Below, piece after piece: positions 1-10,469 of a stretch of DNA of 64,000 nt. Within the stretch, counting starts at the first letter, position 1. Each line of letters opens with the position of its first letter. The notes beneath the pieces were generated by a model, which had not been told where the DNA came from, made no database searches, and saw only the letters and a list, made by a program, of their open reading frames with translations. The position numbers and the translations under genes were made by a program. The stretch spans positions 1,792,001 to 1,856,000 of the forward strand of contig OZ250186.1 in NCBI GenBank assembly GCA_965238275.1, written 5' to 3'. The stretch comes from Nitrosopumilus sp. GTDB lineage: Archaea; Thermoproteota; Nitrososphaeria; Nitrososphaerales; Nitrosopumilaceae.

Positions 1-1048
1 GGTGCGGCGGGAAGAACATTTCAGAGAACCCCACGGACAAATACGACCGGATCGTCAAGAGGCTGGACCTGATTGTAAAGACCATAAAGTACGTGACAGT
101 CAGGCGCTGGTGCAGGGACTGCAAGAAACAGGTCTCTGCCAAGCCGCCCGAAACCTCGCCGCACGCCCGCTACGGCGCCAACATCGGCGCCGTGCTCAAC
201 TTTTTGAACATGTCCGGGCTGTCCCACGCAAGATCCGCCGAATTCGCAGGCGACGCGCTTGGCACGCCCGTGTCCTGCTCGTCTGCATACAGGAACAAGA
301 TAAGCAGGGCCAGACAGATGGCCCCGGAACGCGACGCCGTGAGGGAAGAGATTCTAAAGGAGCCGCACCTGGGGGCCGACGAGTTCCACTGGCCACTGGA
401 AGGTGGCAGGCGTGGTTACGGCGTGGTCGCACTCGGCAAGAGATCGTGCCTGGTGGAGATCGTGGACTCCCGCAAGATAAAGTTCAAGGGCGTGCTGCCC
501 GGCTACGGGGGAACCCTCACGCAGGACTCGTACCCGGCGTGGCTCCATGTCGGGTCGGCCCGCCAGATGTGCGTGGTCCACCAGGAGCGCCTGGTGCAGA
601 AGGATCTGGAGTGGAACCCAGGCGGGGACTGGCCGAATTCCTAGCCGGGCTGTCTGCCGTGCACAAAAAGATCTACCGCGCCTGGCGCGTCAAGGACCCG
701 CATTCCAGGGAAGTGGCAGCTGACTGCATAGACTCGGAACTAGCGGGGCTGTTTGCCGCCCCGTACAAAGACGACAAGTACGGCACCATCGCCAAATACC
801 GCAAGCGGCGCTACCGCGAGGGGTACTACATGACAACCTGCCTGCGGATCCCGGGCATCAGTCCGGACAACAACGCGGTGGAGAGGGCCAACCGAAGGTT
901 TGTCTCGGTGAGGAATGACGGCGGGGGCAACCGGTCCCGGAAGGGCATGGACGCAAATTCCGTGCTGTTCACCTTGCTGGCCACTGACCGCGTCCGGGGG
1001 GAAAAGTTCTTCGACCACCTGGTGCGTTCCGCGTCCGGCGACGGCTGA
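1..1048 (+). pseudogene. IS66-family (single-ORF type) transposase, 5'-truncated by the window and frameshifted
   Basis: Frame 3 (to 644) carries the zinc-finger CRDC, ADE, QDSY and CVVH motifs. Frame 2 continues with DNNAVER and the IS66-like C-terminus. The frame switches near 625-632 (GACTGGCC, apparently one C lost). A possible right end ...CAATTAC lies at about 1165. Confidence 0.8.
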
Positions 1049-1404
1049 CAACGGAGCCTGCGTCACCATTTATCCGGCACGATCCGCGCTCTCGGATGGG
1101 GAGACTGCGCGAGTATAGGCGCGCAAAGAGCGGAACTTCAAAAAGCGAAACTTACAAACAATTACGAAATTTTGTACATCATTCCGACAGGTCTCCGGAT
1201 TTGCAGCAGAGTGCTGTACGGTTTTAATTTTTAAGGGCATGCAGGTACTGCAGGATCCCCGGATGGGCCAGAAATGAGATGTGTGCTGCAGAATCAGCGC
1301 CAATGCAGCATTCCACAGTAGAGTCTCCAGCAAAATAGTCCCTTGGCCTGTAAAATCTCGCGCGGCATCAAAAGACAGTTATAGAAACCTGCATAGCCGT
1401 ATTC

Positions 1405-1695
1405 ATGCCACTTACAAACAGCGTCATTGCAAAACTCAACGAGATAACGTCCCTGGTTGAGGACAAGTCACGCCTTTCAGATACGGAGGTAGACGAGATA
1501 AAGACCATCTTCAGGGAACTGGTGAAGAACGGGGAGATGTACAACATTGACGAGATTGAGTTTTGGTTTGAAAACGAGGGCAGCTGGACTTCAAGGGCAT
1601 CCAGGGTGCGAATAACAAACATATCCAGTTATGTTCAGGACAAGTTTCAGCAGACGGCACACCTGAGAATGATTGACGACGGGTGCGGGTGCTAG
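1405..1695 (+). CDS. Small conserved-type thaumarchaeal hypothetical protein
   Basis: 96-aa ORF with ATG start, an upstream TTATA box and natural composition. Confidence 0.7.
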   Translation: MPLTNSVIAKLNEITSLVEDKSRLSDTEVDEIKTIFRELVKNGEMYNIDEIEFWFENEGSWTSRASRVRITNISSYVQDKFQQTAHLRMIDDGCGC

Positions 1696-1916
1696 TCCTC
1701 AAGCCGCTCCAAGAGGCGCCGGATTATTTCCGCATTCTCCCTGCGCTCGTCGGATATTGAATCCATTCTGGCCCGGTTACTGCCTCCGCTTGAAACAATC
1801 TCGAGGTATTCCCTGTCAAGATCACTGTTTGCCTGCAGTCTTTGGACTATCTCAAAGAGGATCCCGATTACCTGCTTTTGCGCCTCGATTAACTCGTCCT
1901 TGTCTCCTTCTGACAT
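1692..1916 (-). CDS. Small helical hypothetical protein
   Basis: 74-aa ORF overlapping the end of the HD gene on the same strand. Confidence 0.65.
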   Translation of the reverse strand: MSEGDKDELIEAQKQVIGILFEIVQRLQANSDLDREYLEIVSSGGSNRARMDSISDERRENAEIIRRLLERLED

Positions 1917-2443
1917 GACTCCTCAATACCGGCAAGCAGTTCTCTTAGCATGGGATTAGTAATTCCTGATCTTGCAGACTCGAGGAACGGCTCCAGCTCC
2001 CTCTTGGAGTATCCGTCGCCATGATACACCATTGCCTGAAGGGCCATCTCCAGCTTGTCAATCTGGTGCACGATTCGCGCCTCTGCCGAAGCGTTTTTCA
2101 GATACTCCTGCCAGATCTCCCTGTACTCGGATTCCATCTCACCAGGCAGGTCCCGGATAATTTTCTCAAACTCTGCATTCTCCAGCACCTTCTTTTCATC
2201 CCTGCCGACACTGCCTGGCGTGACGTCTCCAATCCCGGACTCGGCCAGATCATGCAGCAGGGTCATTTTAAGAACACGCTCAGAATCAAGACCCTCCAGT
2301 TTGGATACCACCATGCCCATCATGGCCATCGAGTATGAATGATCTGCGACGGACTCTGCATACGGCATGAACAGTCTCTCAACCCAGCCCTGCCGCCGAA
2401 CCCTTTTGAGGTGGGCAGCTGTCTTGAAAAAATCCAAAATCAT
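1889..2443 (-). CDS. HD-domain phosphohydrolase (YfbR/HDDC2-like 5'-deoxynucleotidase)
   Basis: LKRVRRQGW, ESVADHS, LLHDLAE and DKLE motifs. Confidence 0.9.
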   Translation of the reverse strand: MILDFFKTAAHLKRVRRQGWVERLFMPYAESVADHSYSMAMMGMVVSKLEGLDSERVLKMTLLHDLAESGIGDVTPGSVGRDEKKVLENAEFEKIIRDLPGEMESEYREIWQEYLKNASAEARIVHQIDKLEMALQAMVYHGDGYSKRELEPFLESARSGITNPMLRELLAGIEESCQKETRTS

Positions 2444-2571
2444 ACATCATGAATCCCACGCGTCTCCTAATGAATTTTTTCTTTGCCTAAGAGTCGTCAA
2501 ACGTCCTTCTTGCCCATCAGCAGATTTTGCAGAGGAGCCAACCAGAAAACGGCATCCGATGATGCCGGGCG

Positions 2572-3645
2572 TCATCTGAAGAAGAAGTTTGTAATCTTTT
2601 TCAGGGGGTTTCTAGTATCCGTATCGTCAAACCTTGTCGGTATCGTATACGTCGGTTTTTCGACGAGTATCCCCTGCGGCCGGTACAGCAGTATCACAAT
2701 CAGGATCATGCCAAGCAGCAGGAAGTCAAGCCATATGACATCAAACGGAAGGAATCCCTCAAATGAGCCCTTGAAGAATATGATGGTCTTTCTCAGGGTC
2801 ACGAATATCAGCGTGCCTAACAGGACGCCCTTGTTGTTGGCAAGTCCGCCAATCAGTATCATGAGGAACGGCCAGAATGTCCAGCTTGCCCTGTCGTATG
2901 CAAAGGCAATCGTTCCGCCCACATAAAACGCGTACAGCGCACCGCCGATTGCAGCAAGTGCGGCAGATATCATGATGATCTTCATCCGCACGTGCGTGGT
3001 ATTCTTGCCAAGCGACTCGGCGGCATTTTCGTTGTCACGTACGGCCCGAAGCAGCCGTCCAAGAGGGGAACGGATCATCTTTTCGCTGTAAATATACACC
3101 ACGATTGCAATCGCTACAAGCCCCAGCGTGGCCGCTGTAAACCGGAGATCATCAGGCAGGAACGACAGCGGATCCGGAATCTGGACTCCAAGGGTTCCCC
3201 CCACCAGCGGAGTGTAGTTGTTTCCAACCAATCGTATGGCCTCACCAAATGCAAGCAGGGTGATGGCAAGATAGTCACCCCGCAGTTTCACTGCAGGGTA
3301 TGACGTAAGTATTCCCATTATCCCTCCGACGACGGCTGCAATTCCCAGCGTCAAAAAGAATACTGCAAAGCCGATCCCCACATTGTCCACCAGCCATGCA
3401 TTGATCTGCGGGACCATCATCAGATTATTGGTGATAAAGTCACCCTCTACTCCTGCCAGGTCTGCAAGTATCCGCCCTGGAATTGAGGCGGCGACAAATG
3501 CCCCTGCAGCCACCGCCAGCACCTTTCCAAAGTTTGGCACGCCTGCATACCCAAACTCCATGTTCAGGCTGAGGTTGATGATTGCATAGACTGCAAACAA
3601 TGCAAGCAGATCGATTATAAATACAAACTCAGATCCGAACACCAA
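2572..3645 (-). CDS. livM: Branched-chain amino acid ABC transporter permease (LivM-like)
   Basis: LRGDYLAITLLAFGE and GRLLRAVRDNENAAESLG motifs; multiple transmembrane segments. Confidence 0.9.
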   Translation of the reverse strand: MVFGSEFVFIIDLLALFAVYAIINLSLNMEFGYAGVPNFGKVLAVAAGAFVAASIPGRILADLAGVEGDFITNNLMMVPQINAWLVDNVGIGFAVFFLTLGIAAVVGGIMGILTSYPAVKLRGDYLAITLLAFGEAIRLVGNNYTPLVGGTLGVQIPDPLSFLPDDLRFTAATLGLVAIAIVVYIYSEKMIRSPLGRLLRAVRDNENAAESLGKNTTHVRMKIIMISAALAAIGGALYAFYVGGTIAFAYDRASWTFWPFLMILIGGLANNKGVLLGTLIFVTLRKTIIFFKGSFEGFLPFDVIWLDFLLLGMILIVILLYRPQGILVEKPTYTIPTRFDDTDTRNPLKKITNFFFR

Positions 3646-4558
3646 TTCTCCTCAACAACCTCGACCAGTTTACGCCTGCAAGCCCATTGGGCGCAACGAA
3701 GAGCGTAACTACAATAAACACAAGGGGTACAAGCGGACGGTACGCAATAAGCCACGGCCCAAACTCGCCTGCAAGAATCCGGGTTCCAAGCACCTCTGTG
3801 ATTCCTATAAGGAATCCCCCTGCAATCGCCCCATAGATGCTCATGAATCCGCCCACTATGCTTGCAGCAAATATGCTTGGCAGTATCAGTGGTCCGAAGT
3901 TCGGATCACCCTGAAACCACATGGCCATGAACACTCCTGCAATCCCTGCAAAACCGCCACCCATCAACCAGGATATCGTGTATATGGTCTTGACGTTGAT
4001 CCCCACCGTGCCTGCAAGATTGGGATTCTCGGTTGCAGCACGCATGGCAATACCAAACTTTGTCATGCGCATCATGATATGCAGTCCTATCCCAAGGGCT
4101 GCAATGCCGACGGGGGCAGCGACGACTATCAGTGGCAGCCCGCCAATATCTATATCATAACTGCGCAGCGTAAACTCCCTGGAGGAGACATGGTACGTCC
4201 GGACAATAAAGTCTGCCACTATGTTGATTGCGGCTATGAGCACCAGATCAAATGCAAGGGTTGCTATCATCAGGATGGTGGATGTCGCCCGCTTCCGAAT
4301 CAGCGGTTTGAGAATGAGAAGGTACAGTCCCACGGCTATGGTTCCCGAGGCTACAAACGCAACAGGGATCACCACGTATGGGCTTACGCCCCAGATGTGG
4401 TTTCCCACCAGTGCCACGTATATGCCGACGGTTGCAAACGACGCATGCGCAAAATTTGGAATTCTGGTTGTAATGTAGGTAAGCGTAAGACCGATACTCA
4501 GGAATGCAAGCAGTGACGCAAGAATTACCGCATCCGAGTATATTGGATCCAATGCCAT
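3629..4558 (-). CDS. livH: Branched-chain amino acid ABC transporter permease (LivH-like)
   Basis: GLTLTY..NFAH and TKFGIAMRAATENPNLAGTVGIN motifs. Confidence 0.9.
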   Translation of the reverse strand: MALDPIYSDAVILASLLAFLSIGLTLTYITTRIPNFAHASFATVGIYVALVGNHIWGVSPYVVIPVAFVASGTIAVGLYLLILKPLIRKRATSTILMIATLAFDLVLIAAINIVADFIVRTYHVSSREFTLRSYDIDIGGLPLIVVAAPVGIAALGIGLHIMMRMTKFGIAMRAATENPNLAGTVGINVKTIYTISWLMGGGFAGIAGVFMAMWFQGDPNFGPLILPSIFAASIVGGFMSIYGAIAGGFLIGITEVLGTRILAGEFGPWLIAYRPLVPLVFIVVTLFVAPNGLAGVNWSRLLRRIGVRI

Positions 4559-5121
4559 TATGAATTACTCTCCGATCTGAAATCCGGCATTTGCGTATCA
4601 ACCCGCATTGTTAATTTCATTCTAGTGTCAGGCAGATGACCAATCAAGGATTCTGTCTGGATCAGCGTTCGTAGGATCCCAAGGATGGCATACGTTCTAC
4701 TGAACATCATACCTGTTACAGAGATACATGCCAATAATACTTTCCCACGCAGAAGGTGCCTTACGAATTAATTTCTGCACAGTTGTCTCCTGATTATTCC
4801 AGTCATGTGTTATGTGTATGACTACCGTTGTGCCGTTCCGTTAACCAGCCGGGAGGGCGGATTCCGCCGGTTACTTTTATCTACGTTGCATATTTTGTAC
4901 TGCAGTTTTTCAGACGCGTCTGTTTCTTCTTGTATTCTTGGCAACTGTCTTTTTTTTCCATTGGAATCATTAATCTTGAGCAGGGCCTGCGCTACGGCCC
5001 CTTTCTGATGCATGATGCCTCTGATCCATCCCGTTGACGGTTTTTTGACGGGAATTTGGACAACGTCAAATGGCCGCCATACGCTTTATGCCATCCGGAT
5101 GGTGTCATGATAAGAGTAGGA

Positions 5122-5195
5122 TGCCGGGGGCGGGATTTGAACGCGCGACAGCCCGGTCTTCAGCCGAGTGCTCTCCCAGGCTGAGCTACCCCGGC
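5122..5195 (-). tRNA. tRNA-Phe (GAA)
   Basis: Reverse complement reads GCCGGGGTAGCTCAGCCTGGGAGAGCACTCGGCTGAAGACCGGGCTGTCGCGCGTTCAAATCCCGCCCCCGGCA. It folds as a cloverleaf with anticodon loop CT-GAA-GA; CCA is not encoded. Confidence 0.95.
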
Positions 5196-5223
5196 ACTTA
5201 GAAAAAGGCACTCAGTTGATGAA

Positions 5224-5775
5224 TTAAATCTTGCTTTTGCGGCCTGTCCACACGATATCCTTTGTGCCTCTTCGCTTGTTGACTAGGCGGCCTGCCACAA
5301 AGAGCAGATCCGAGAGTCGGTTCAGGTATGCAGTACAGTTTGGATTGATTCCCGCCTCCCTGCCCAGCTGGACTGTCAGGGCCTCGGCTCTTCTTGTAAC
5401 GGTTCTTGCATGATGCAGATGGGCAGCTGCAGGTTCCCCCCCAGGTAGAATAAAGTTTGCAAGTGGAGGCAGTTCGGACTCAAAACGGTCAATGCAGGAT
5501 TCCAATCTGCAAACCATGTCCTGAGATACCCTGTTGTTTGTGTCATCAGGATCCGGATTGGAGAGATCCGCACCCACTACGAAGAGATCATTTTGGATCT
5601 CGCGCATGGCGCTTCTTAGATCCCTGTCAATCGGACTTGCCAGGACTACTCCAAGTATGGCATTTGTCTCATCGACTGCCCCATACGCAGCTATTCTCGG
5701 GTGGGATTTGGATACCCTGAGGCCGCCCTGAAGGCCGGTATCCCCACCATCACCGGTACGGGTGTAGATCTTCAT
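5224..5775 (-). CDS. ATP:cob(I)alamin adenosyltransferase, PduO type
   Basis: MKIYTRTGDGGDT, YGAVDETN, RTVTRRAE and YLNRLSDLLF motifs. Confidence 0.93.
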   Translation of the reverse strand: MKIYTRTGDGGDTGLQGGLRVSKSHPRIAAYGAVDETNAILGVVLASPIDRDLRSAMREIQNDLFVVGADLSNPDPDDTNNRVSQDMVCRLESCIDRFESELPPLANFILPGGEPAAAHLHHARTVTRRAEALTVQLGREAGINPNCTAYLNRLSDLLFVAGRLVNKRRGTKDIVWTGRKSKI

Positions 5776-5893
5776 TGATATTCAAGATCGTGATTAATTA
5801 TTATGTGATTCGAGGGAGCAGAAAGATTGCAACCAGATACGGCCAGAAGAAGAGAGATCTCACAGACGGCATGCTGCACAAGGAACCAAGATT

Positions 5894-8713
5894 CTAGTTG
5901 CGGCGGCTTATCCCTTTGCGGACCGTGTGGACTGCCAGGATTGGTCCTGCCACGTAGACTCCTCCGATGGCTGCAATCGAGAGCATGCCAAAGACCAGCA
6001 CCGATGCCTCAGAGCCTGGGTCTGCAAGCGTCATGATGTTCATGGTGTACAGTCCCGGTGTTATCAGTGCCCTTACGGCATCCCTGAATATCGGGTTCTC
6101 CCTTTCAAGGTCTGCAATTGCAGGCGAGAAGGAGTAGTAGACCTGGTTGAATCCAGTCATGAATGATGATCCCGAGGATGTGGATAGCAGTGTGCTGTCC
6201 CGGATTTCACGGAGGAACTGTACCTGTGGTGCAAGCTCGCTGCCGTATGCTGCAGTCGCAATCAGGCATCCACCGTTGTCATCTATCACTTCTTCTTCAT
6301 CAGTCATCACTTCTTCATCAGTCATCACTTCTTTATCATCTGCAAGCTCAATTGAGTCACTAGAGGCAAAGTACACGCCGAGCTGCACCCACTGGCCGTC
6401 TGAAATCGTCCATACGTCATAGTTTACCTGGGCCAGGTCACCATTCTCGTTGAGTTTTGTAGAGCCAAGTGCGCCGCTGTGCTCTGCTGCAACCTCTGGG
6501 AATACGACAGTCAGTTTGGCGACATCGGTGCTCTGTATGCGTTCCATGGAAAGGCCCAGAAGCCAGATTGCATCATATGCGGAGCTTGCATAGGTTCGTG
6601 GAGTCCTGCCAATGGCCTCCTCGACTGCCTCCTCTACCTGCTTGCTGATATCGTTCTTGCCTGATGCGACCTGGAGTGTGGTAAATTCGGTGGCGGTGGC
6701 AAATTCTAATGTGATTTGGTCGTCTATGATGACGGTATCCTTGGTGACAGCATCTGCGCCGAACCATCTGACATCGTCGAGTATGTCATGGGATGCTGCG
6801 GACTGGAAGAGAATCTGCGTCTCGCCGAATCCAAAGCTTGCGACGCCCACCTTGTCAGCGCCATGCTCATCTACGTATCCCTGGACTATCTCTGCCAGTA
6901 ATGATGCCTCACTTGAAAAGTCACTGGCCTCCGGACTATACGCTATTCCCTCGTGCACTGTGCCTCCCGCGGCCGAGAATGCCTCGCGTATTGCGCTCTC
7001 AAGGCCCACGCCCCATGCCTCGTCTCTCCATATGGGGACGATCACCTCGATTCCTGCATCCTGGAGAAGACGGACCAGTGCGACTGCCTGATTGGAGTCG
7101 TCAGGGGCAAGTCGGAATATGCTGTCGTCCCCGATTGCAAGAAGTGGTGACGTGGAGGAGGGACTGATTATCATAATGTTGTTAGAGTCTACATACCCCT
7201 TGATGTTCTGTATGTTGCCGCTGGACTGTGGGCCTATGACGTGCTTTATGCCCTTAGCGTTTAGTGCCTGCACCTTTTCAAGCGTCACCGTGGGCTGGGT
7301 CTGGGAATCCTCGGACACTACTGAAAATGACCAGCCTGCATCCTTTTCTGCCAAGTACTGGTTAAAGTGGTCCACTGCAAGCTCGTATCCGATCTTGTTC
7401 TCCTCTCCGGATCTGGCAAGTTTGCCCGTGAGCGGTATGATTGAGCCGATCTCGATCTCGCCGGACAGCTTCTCCTCCATCATTGCATCCATGGCAACAG
7501 GCATGATGGAGTTGCTACCGGCATTATAGGTTCCAAGGAACGTCCACTCCTCATTTTCGATTGCCCATATGTCATAGTTTGCCTGGGCAAGATCTCCCAC
7601 ATCATTCAGGTTGAGGGATCCAAGTGCGCCCGTACGCTCTGCTGCAACCTGTGGGATCGCATCGGTCAGAACGTCAACATCCGTGCTCTGGGTTCCCTCC
7701 ATTGCAAGACCCAGCAGCCATACTGCGTCATATGATGCGCTTGCGTAGGGTGTCGGTATAGTTCCAAGTACTGCCTCCACGGATTTGTCCACATGCGTGC
7801 TTAGATCATTTTGTCCTGAGGCCACCACTACGGAGGTAAAGTTAACGTTGGTCGCGAATTCCAGCGCGAGCGGATCATTGATGATTTTCTGACTCTTTGC
7901 GGTGGCATCCGTGCCAAACCATTCAACTGTGCTTAGTATGTCATGTGCCTGTGCCGACTGGAAGAAGGACACCCCCTCTTCAAATCCAATGTATGCCACA
8001 CCCACGTTCCCTGCGCCATGCTCGTCAACAAGCCCCTGTACGATATCTGCCAGGACGGACGTCTCAGCTGAAAAGTCACTTGATTCAGGAACGTATCCGA
8101 ATCCGGCGTCGACTGTACCTCCAATTGCTGGGAACGATTCGTTAAGCGCGTCCTTCAGCCCAACACCCCACGAGTCTTCCCTCCATACGGGAACCACCGC
8201 GTCGATTCCGTTCATTTTCAGAAGCTCCGCTATTGCGACTGCCTGGTTGGTGTCGTCAGGTGCCAGCCTGAATATGCTGTCGTCCCCGATTGCAAGCAGT
8301 GGCGATGTGGAACAGCAGCTGATGACCAGCATATTGTTGGAATCAACGTACCCCTTTACGTTCTGCAGGGAACCGCTGGTTTCAGGTCCTATTACGTGCA
8401 GAATGCCTTTGGCATAAAGTGACTGTATCTTCTCAAAGGCCACGGTCGGAAGCGTCTGTGAGTCTTCGGATACCAGTGAGAACGACCATCCTGCGTCCTT
8501 TTCTGCAAGGTATGCGTTAAAGTCCTCTATGGCAATCTGCTGTGCAAGGTTGTGCTGAACCCCATAGGTGGCAAGATCGCCACTGATTGGGACGATTGCG
8601 CCTATCTGGATATCGCCTGAGAGTTCTGCAGATGCGGATTGAGAGAATGCGCCTATTCCCAACATGCTGATCGCGAAAGCCATAATAATTGTGTATAATT
8701 GTAACTTCACCAT
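5894..8713 (-). CDS. LIV-type ABC substrate-binding protein with two tandem binding domains and a CFI-box-CTERM anchor
   Basis: Signal peptide; two homologous repeats of about 375 aa (LSG.I.IG.I.P..G ... STSPLLAIGDDSIFRLAPDD); C-terminal GGCLIATAAYGSELAPQVQFLREIRD plus a transmembrane segment. Confidence 0.9.
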   Translation of the reverse strand: MVKLQLYTIIMAFAISMLGIGAFSQSASAELSGDIQIGAIVPISGDLATYGVQHNLAQQIAIEDFNAYLAEKDAGWSFSLVSEDSQTLPTVAFEKIQSLYAKGILHVIGPETSGSLQNVKGYVDSNNMLVISCCSTSPLLAIGDDSIFRLAPDDTNQAVAIAELLKMNGIDAVVPVWREDSWGVGLKDALNESFPAIGGTVDAGFGYVPESSDFSAETSVLADIVQGLVDEHGAGNVGVAYIGFEEGVSFFQSAQAHDILSTVEWFGTDATAKSQKIINDPLALEFATNVNFTSVVVASGQNDLSTHVDKSVEAVLGTIPTPYASASYDAVWLLGLAMEGTQSTDVDVLTDAIPQVAAERTGALGSLNLNDVGDLAQANYDIWAIENEEWTFLGTYNAGSNSIMPVAMDAMMEEKLSGEIEIGSIIPLTGKLARSGEENKIGYELAVDHFNQYLAEKDAGWSFSVVSEDSQTQPTVTLEKVQALNAKGIKHVIGPQSSGNIQNIKGYVDSNNIMIISPSSTSPLLAIGDDSIFRLAPDDSNQAVALVRLLQDAGIEVIVPIWRDEAWGVGLESAIREAFSAAGGTVHEGIAYSPEASDFSSEASLLAEIVQGYVDEHGADKVGVASFGFGETQILFQSAASHDILDDVRWFGADAVTKDTVIIDDQITLEFATATEFTTLQVASGKNDISKQVEEAVEEAIGRTPRTYASSAYDAIWLLGLSMERIQSTDVAKLTVVFPEVAAEHSGALGSTKLNENGDLAQVNYDVWTISDGQWVQLGVYFASSDSIELADDKEVMTDEEVMTDEEEVIDDNGGCLIATAAYGSELAPQVQFLREIRDSTLLSTSSGSSFMTGFNQVYYSFSPAIADLERENPIFRDAVRALITPGLYTMNIMTLADPGSEASVLVFGMLSIAAIGGVYVAGPILAVHTVRKGISRRN

Positions 8714-8890
8714 AAATTGTCAAACCATACAGTCTTAATAAAAATTTCTGAAATTAGATTCCCCTGCAAGGCCGGTTGATGGTGTAAATTCAAGATCTTC
8801 TCAAGAAAATTTGCTCGTCCGGCCTGTGCACAATAGAAAGCGGCCGGCCGGCCGGAAAGTCTTTTAAGATAATATCACGCCGTTCAATTA

Positions 8891-9646
8891 ATGTCCATAT
8901 TGTCAATCTCAGGAATCAAGAAGAGTTTTGATGGCAACCAGGTACTTGATGGAGTCGACATGGAGCTTGATGCCGGAAAGGTATACCAGTTAATCGGGCC
9001 CAACGGATGCGGCAAGACTACGCTAATCAACATAATAACAGGGCTTCTCGAACCGGATGAAGGCAAGATTACCTTCGAGGGAAAGGATATCACACACAAG
9101 GGGCTATTTGACACATACAAGGCCGGTCTGATTCGGACATGGCAGACACCCCAGCCATTCAGGGATCTTACCGCCTTGGAGAACTTTATGGTGGCAGGTC
9201 CAGGCAATTCGGGGGAGTCGTTCGTATACGCGCCGGCAAGGCCAAAGTGGAGAAAGGATGAAGAGAGGCTATTAAAGATGACAGAAGAGGTAAGTTCCAA
9301 GATCAAGCTCTTTGACAAGAGCATGACACTGAGTGGCAATCTCAGCGGCGGACAGCAAAAGCTTTTGGAACTTGGAAAGACAATGATGTCAGGTGCCAAG
9401 TTGGTTATGCTTGACGAGCCCATTGCAGGCGTCAATCCCAAGCTGGCAGTAGACATATTTGAGAGGATCGCAGAAACATGCAGGAGCGAGGGAATCACGT
9501 TCCTATTTATAGAACACAGGCTAGACATTGCTCTTAGTTATACAGACAAGGTGTTTGCTTTGAATCAGGGCAAGGTCATCGCACAGGGCACATCAGAGGA
9601 GGTCATGAACCATCCGGAGGTCATTGAATCCTATCTGGGGGTATGA
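8891..9646 (+). CDS. livG: Branched-chain amino acid ABC transporter ATPase (LivG-like)
   Basis: GPNGCGKTT, LSGGQQKLLE, LDEP, IEH and VIESYLG motifs. Confidence 0.92.
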   Translation: MSILSISGIKKSFDGNQVLDGVDMELDAGKVYQLIGPNGCGKTTLINIITGLLEPDEGKITFEGKDITHKGLFDTYKAGLIRTWQTPQPFRDLTALENFMVAGPGNSGESFVYAPARPKWRKDEERLLKMTEEVSSKIKLFDKSMTLSGNLSGGQQKLLELGKTMMSGAKLVMLDEPIAGVNPKLAVDIFERIAETCRSEGITFLFIEHRLDIALSYTDKVFALNQGKVIAQGTSEEVMNHPEVIESYLGV

Positions 9647-10437
9647 GGCAGGACATGAGTGATGAGATGATGCGTTCGCCGACAAACCCGTTGTCAGGGA
9701 CAGGCAGTAAACAGAGTACAAACGAGATCATCGTGAACATAAAGGACCTGCACGCAGGATACGTCAACACCCACATCATATTCGGGGTGGATTTTGAGGC
9801 CGTTCACAACAAGATTACAGTGATAGTCGGACCCAACGGATGCGGCAAGAGTACCCTGCTAAAGAGCATATTTGGCATTACCGATGTTTATTCCGGAGAG
9901 ATCACATACAAGGGCAAACTCATTACAGGTCTTGCGCCGCATGTCATCGCAAGAAAAAGGGTGGCATACCTGCCACAATTGGATAACGTCTTTGCGAATC
10001 TATCCATCAAGGAGAATCTGGTAATGGCAAGCTATACGCTTGATTCCAAGACATTCCGGGAGAGGCTTCCGAAGATCTTTAAGATGTTTCCCGTGCTTGA
10101 ATCCCGCAACGACAAAGCAAAGAAGCTCAGCGGAGGACAGCGTCAGATGCTTGCAATGGCCATGGCCCTGATAAGGGAACCAGAAACCCTTCTCTTTGAC
10201 GAGCCCACAGCCAGCCTCTCACCAAAGCTTGCAGCAGAGGTGCTTGAAAAGATAGTCCAGATACGCGACGAGTTTGGCCTCACAGTCATTCTTGTAGAAC
10301 AAAACGTCAAGCAGGCACTAAAGATTGGCGACACGGTATACCTGATGGCAAACGGCAAGAACGTATACAACGGGAGCGCAGCCGAGCTGCTTGAAAACGA
10401 GGATCTTGGCAGCCTGTATCTGGGCGTCAAGAACTGA
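9643..10437 (+). CDS. livF: Branched-chain amino acid ABC transporter ATPase (LivF-like)
   Basis: GPNGCGKST, LSGGQRQMLAM, DEPT and LVEQN motifs; exact start uncertain. Confidence 0.92.
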   Translation: MRQDMSDEMMRSPTNPLSGTGSKQSTNEIIVNIKDLHAGYVNTHIIFGVDFEAVHNKITVIVGPNGCGKSTLLKSIFGITDVYSGEITYKGKLITGLAPHVIARKRVAYLPQLDNVFANLSIKENLVMASYTLDSKTFRERLPKIFKMFPVLESRNDKAKKLSGGQRQMLAMAMALIREPETLLFDEPTASLSPKLAAEVLEKIVQIRDEFGLTVILVEQNVKQALKIGDTVYLMANGKNVYNGSAAELLENEDLGSLYLGVKN

Positions 10438-10469
10438 CAGTGCCGGATTTCCACGGGTGCTATGGCCGC

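Noticed and set aside
1141-1153. AAAAGCGAAA shared between the IS66 right flank and the TnpB element left TIR
   Set aside because: A 10-bp A-rich match is compatible with chance, and the similarity does not extend.
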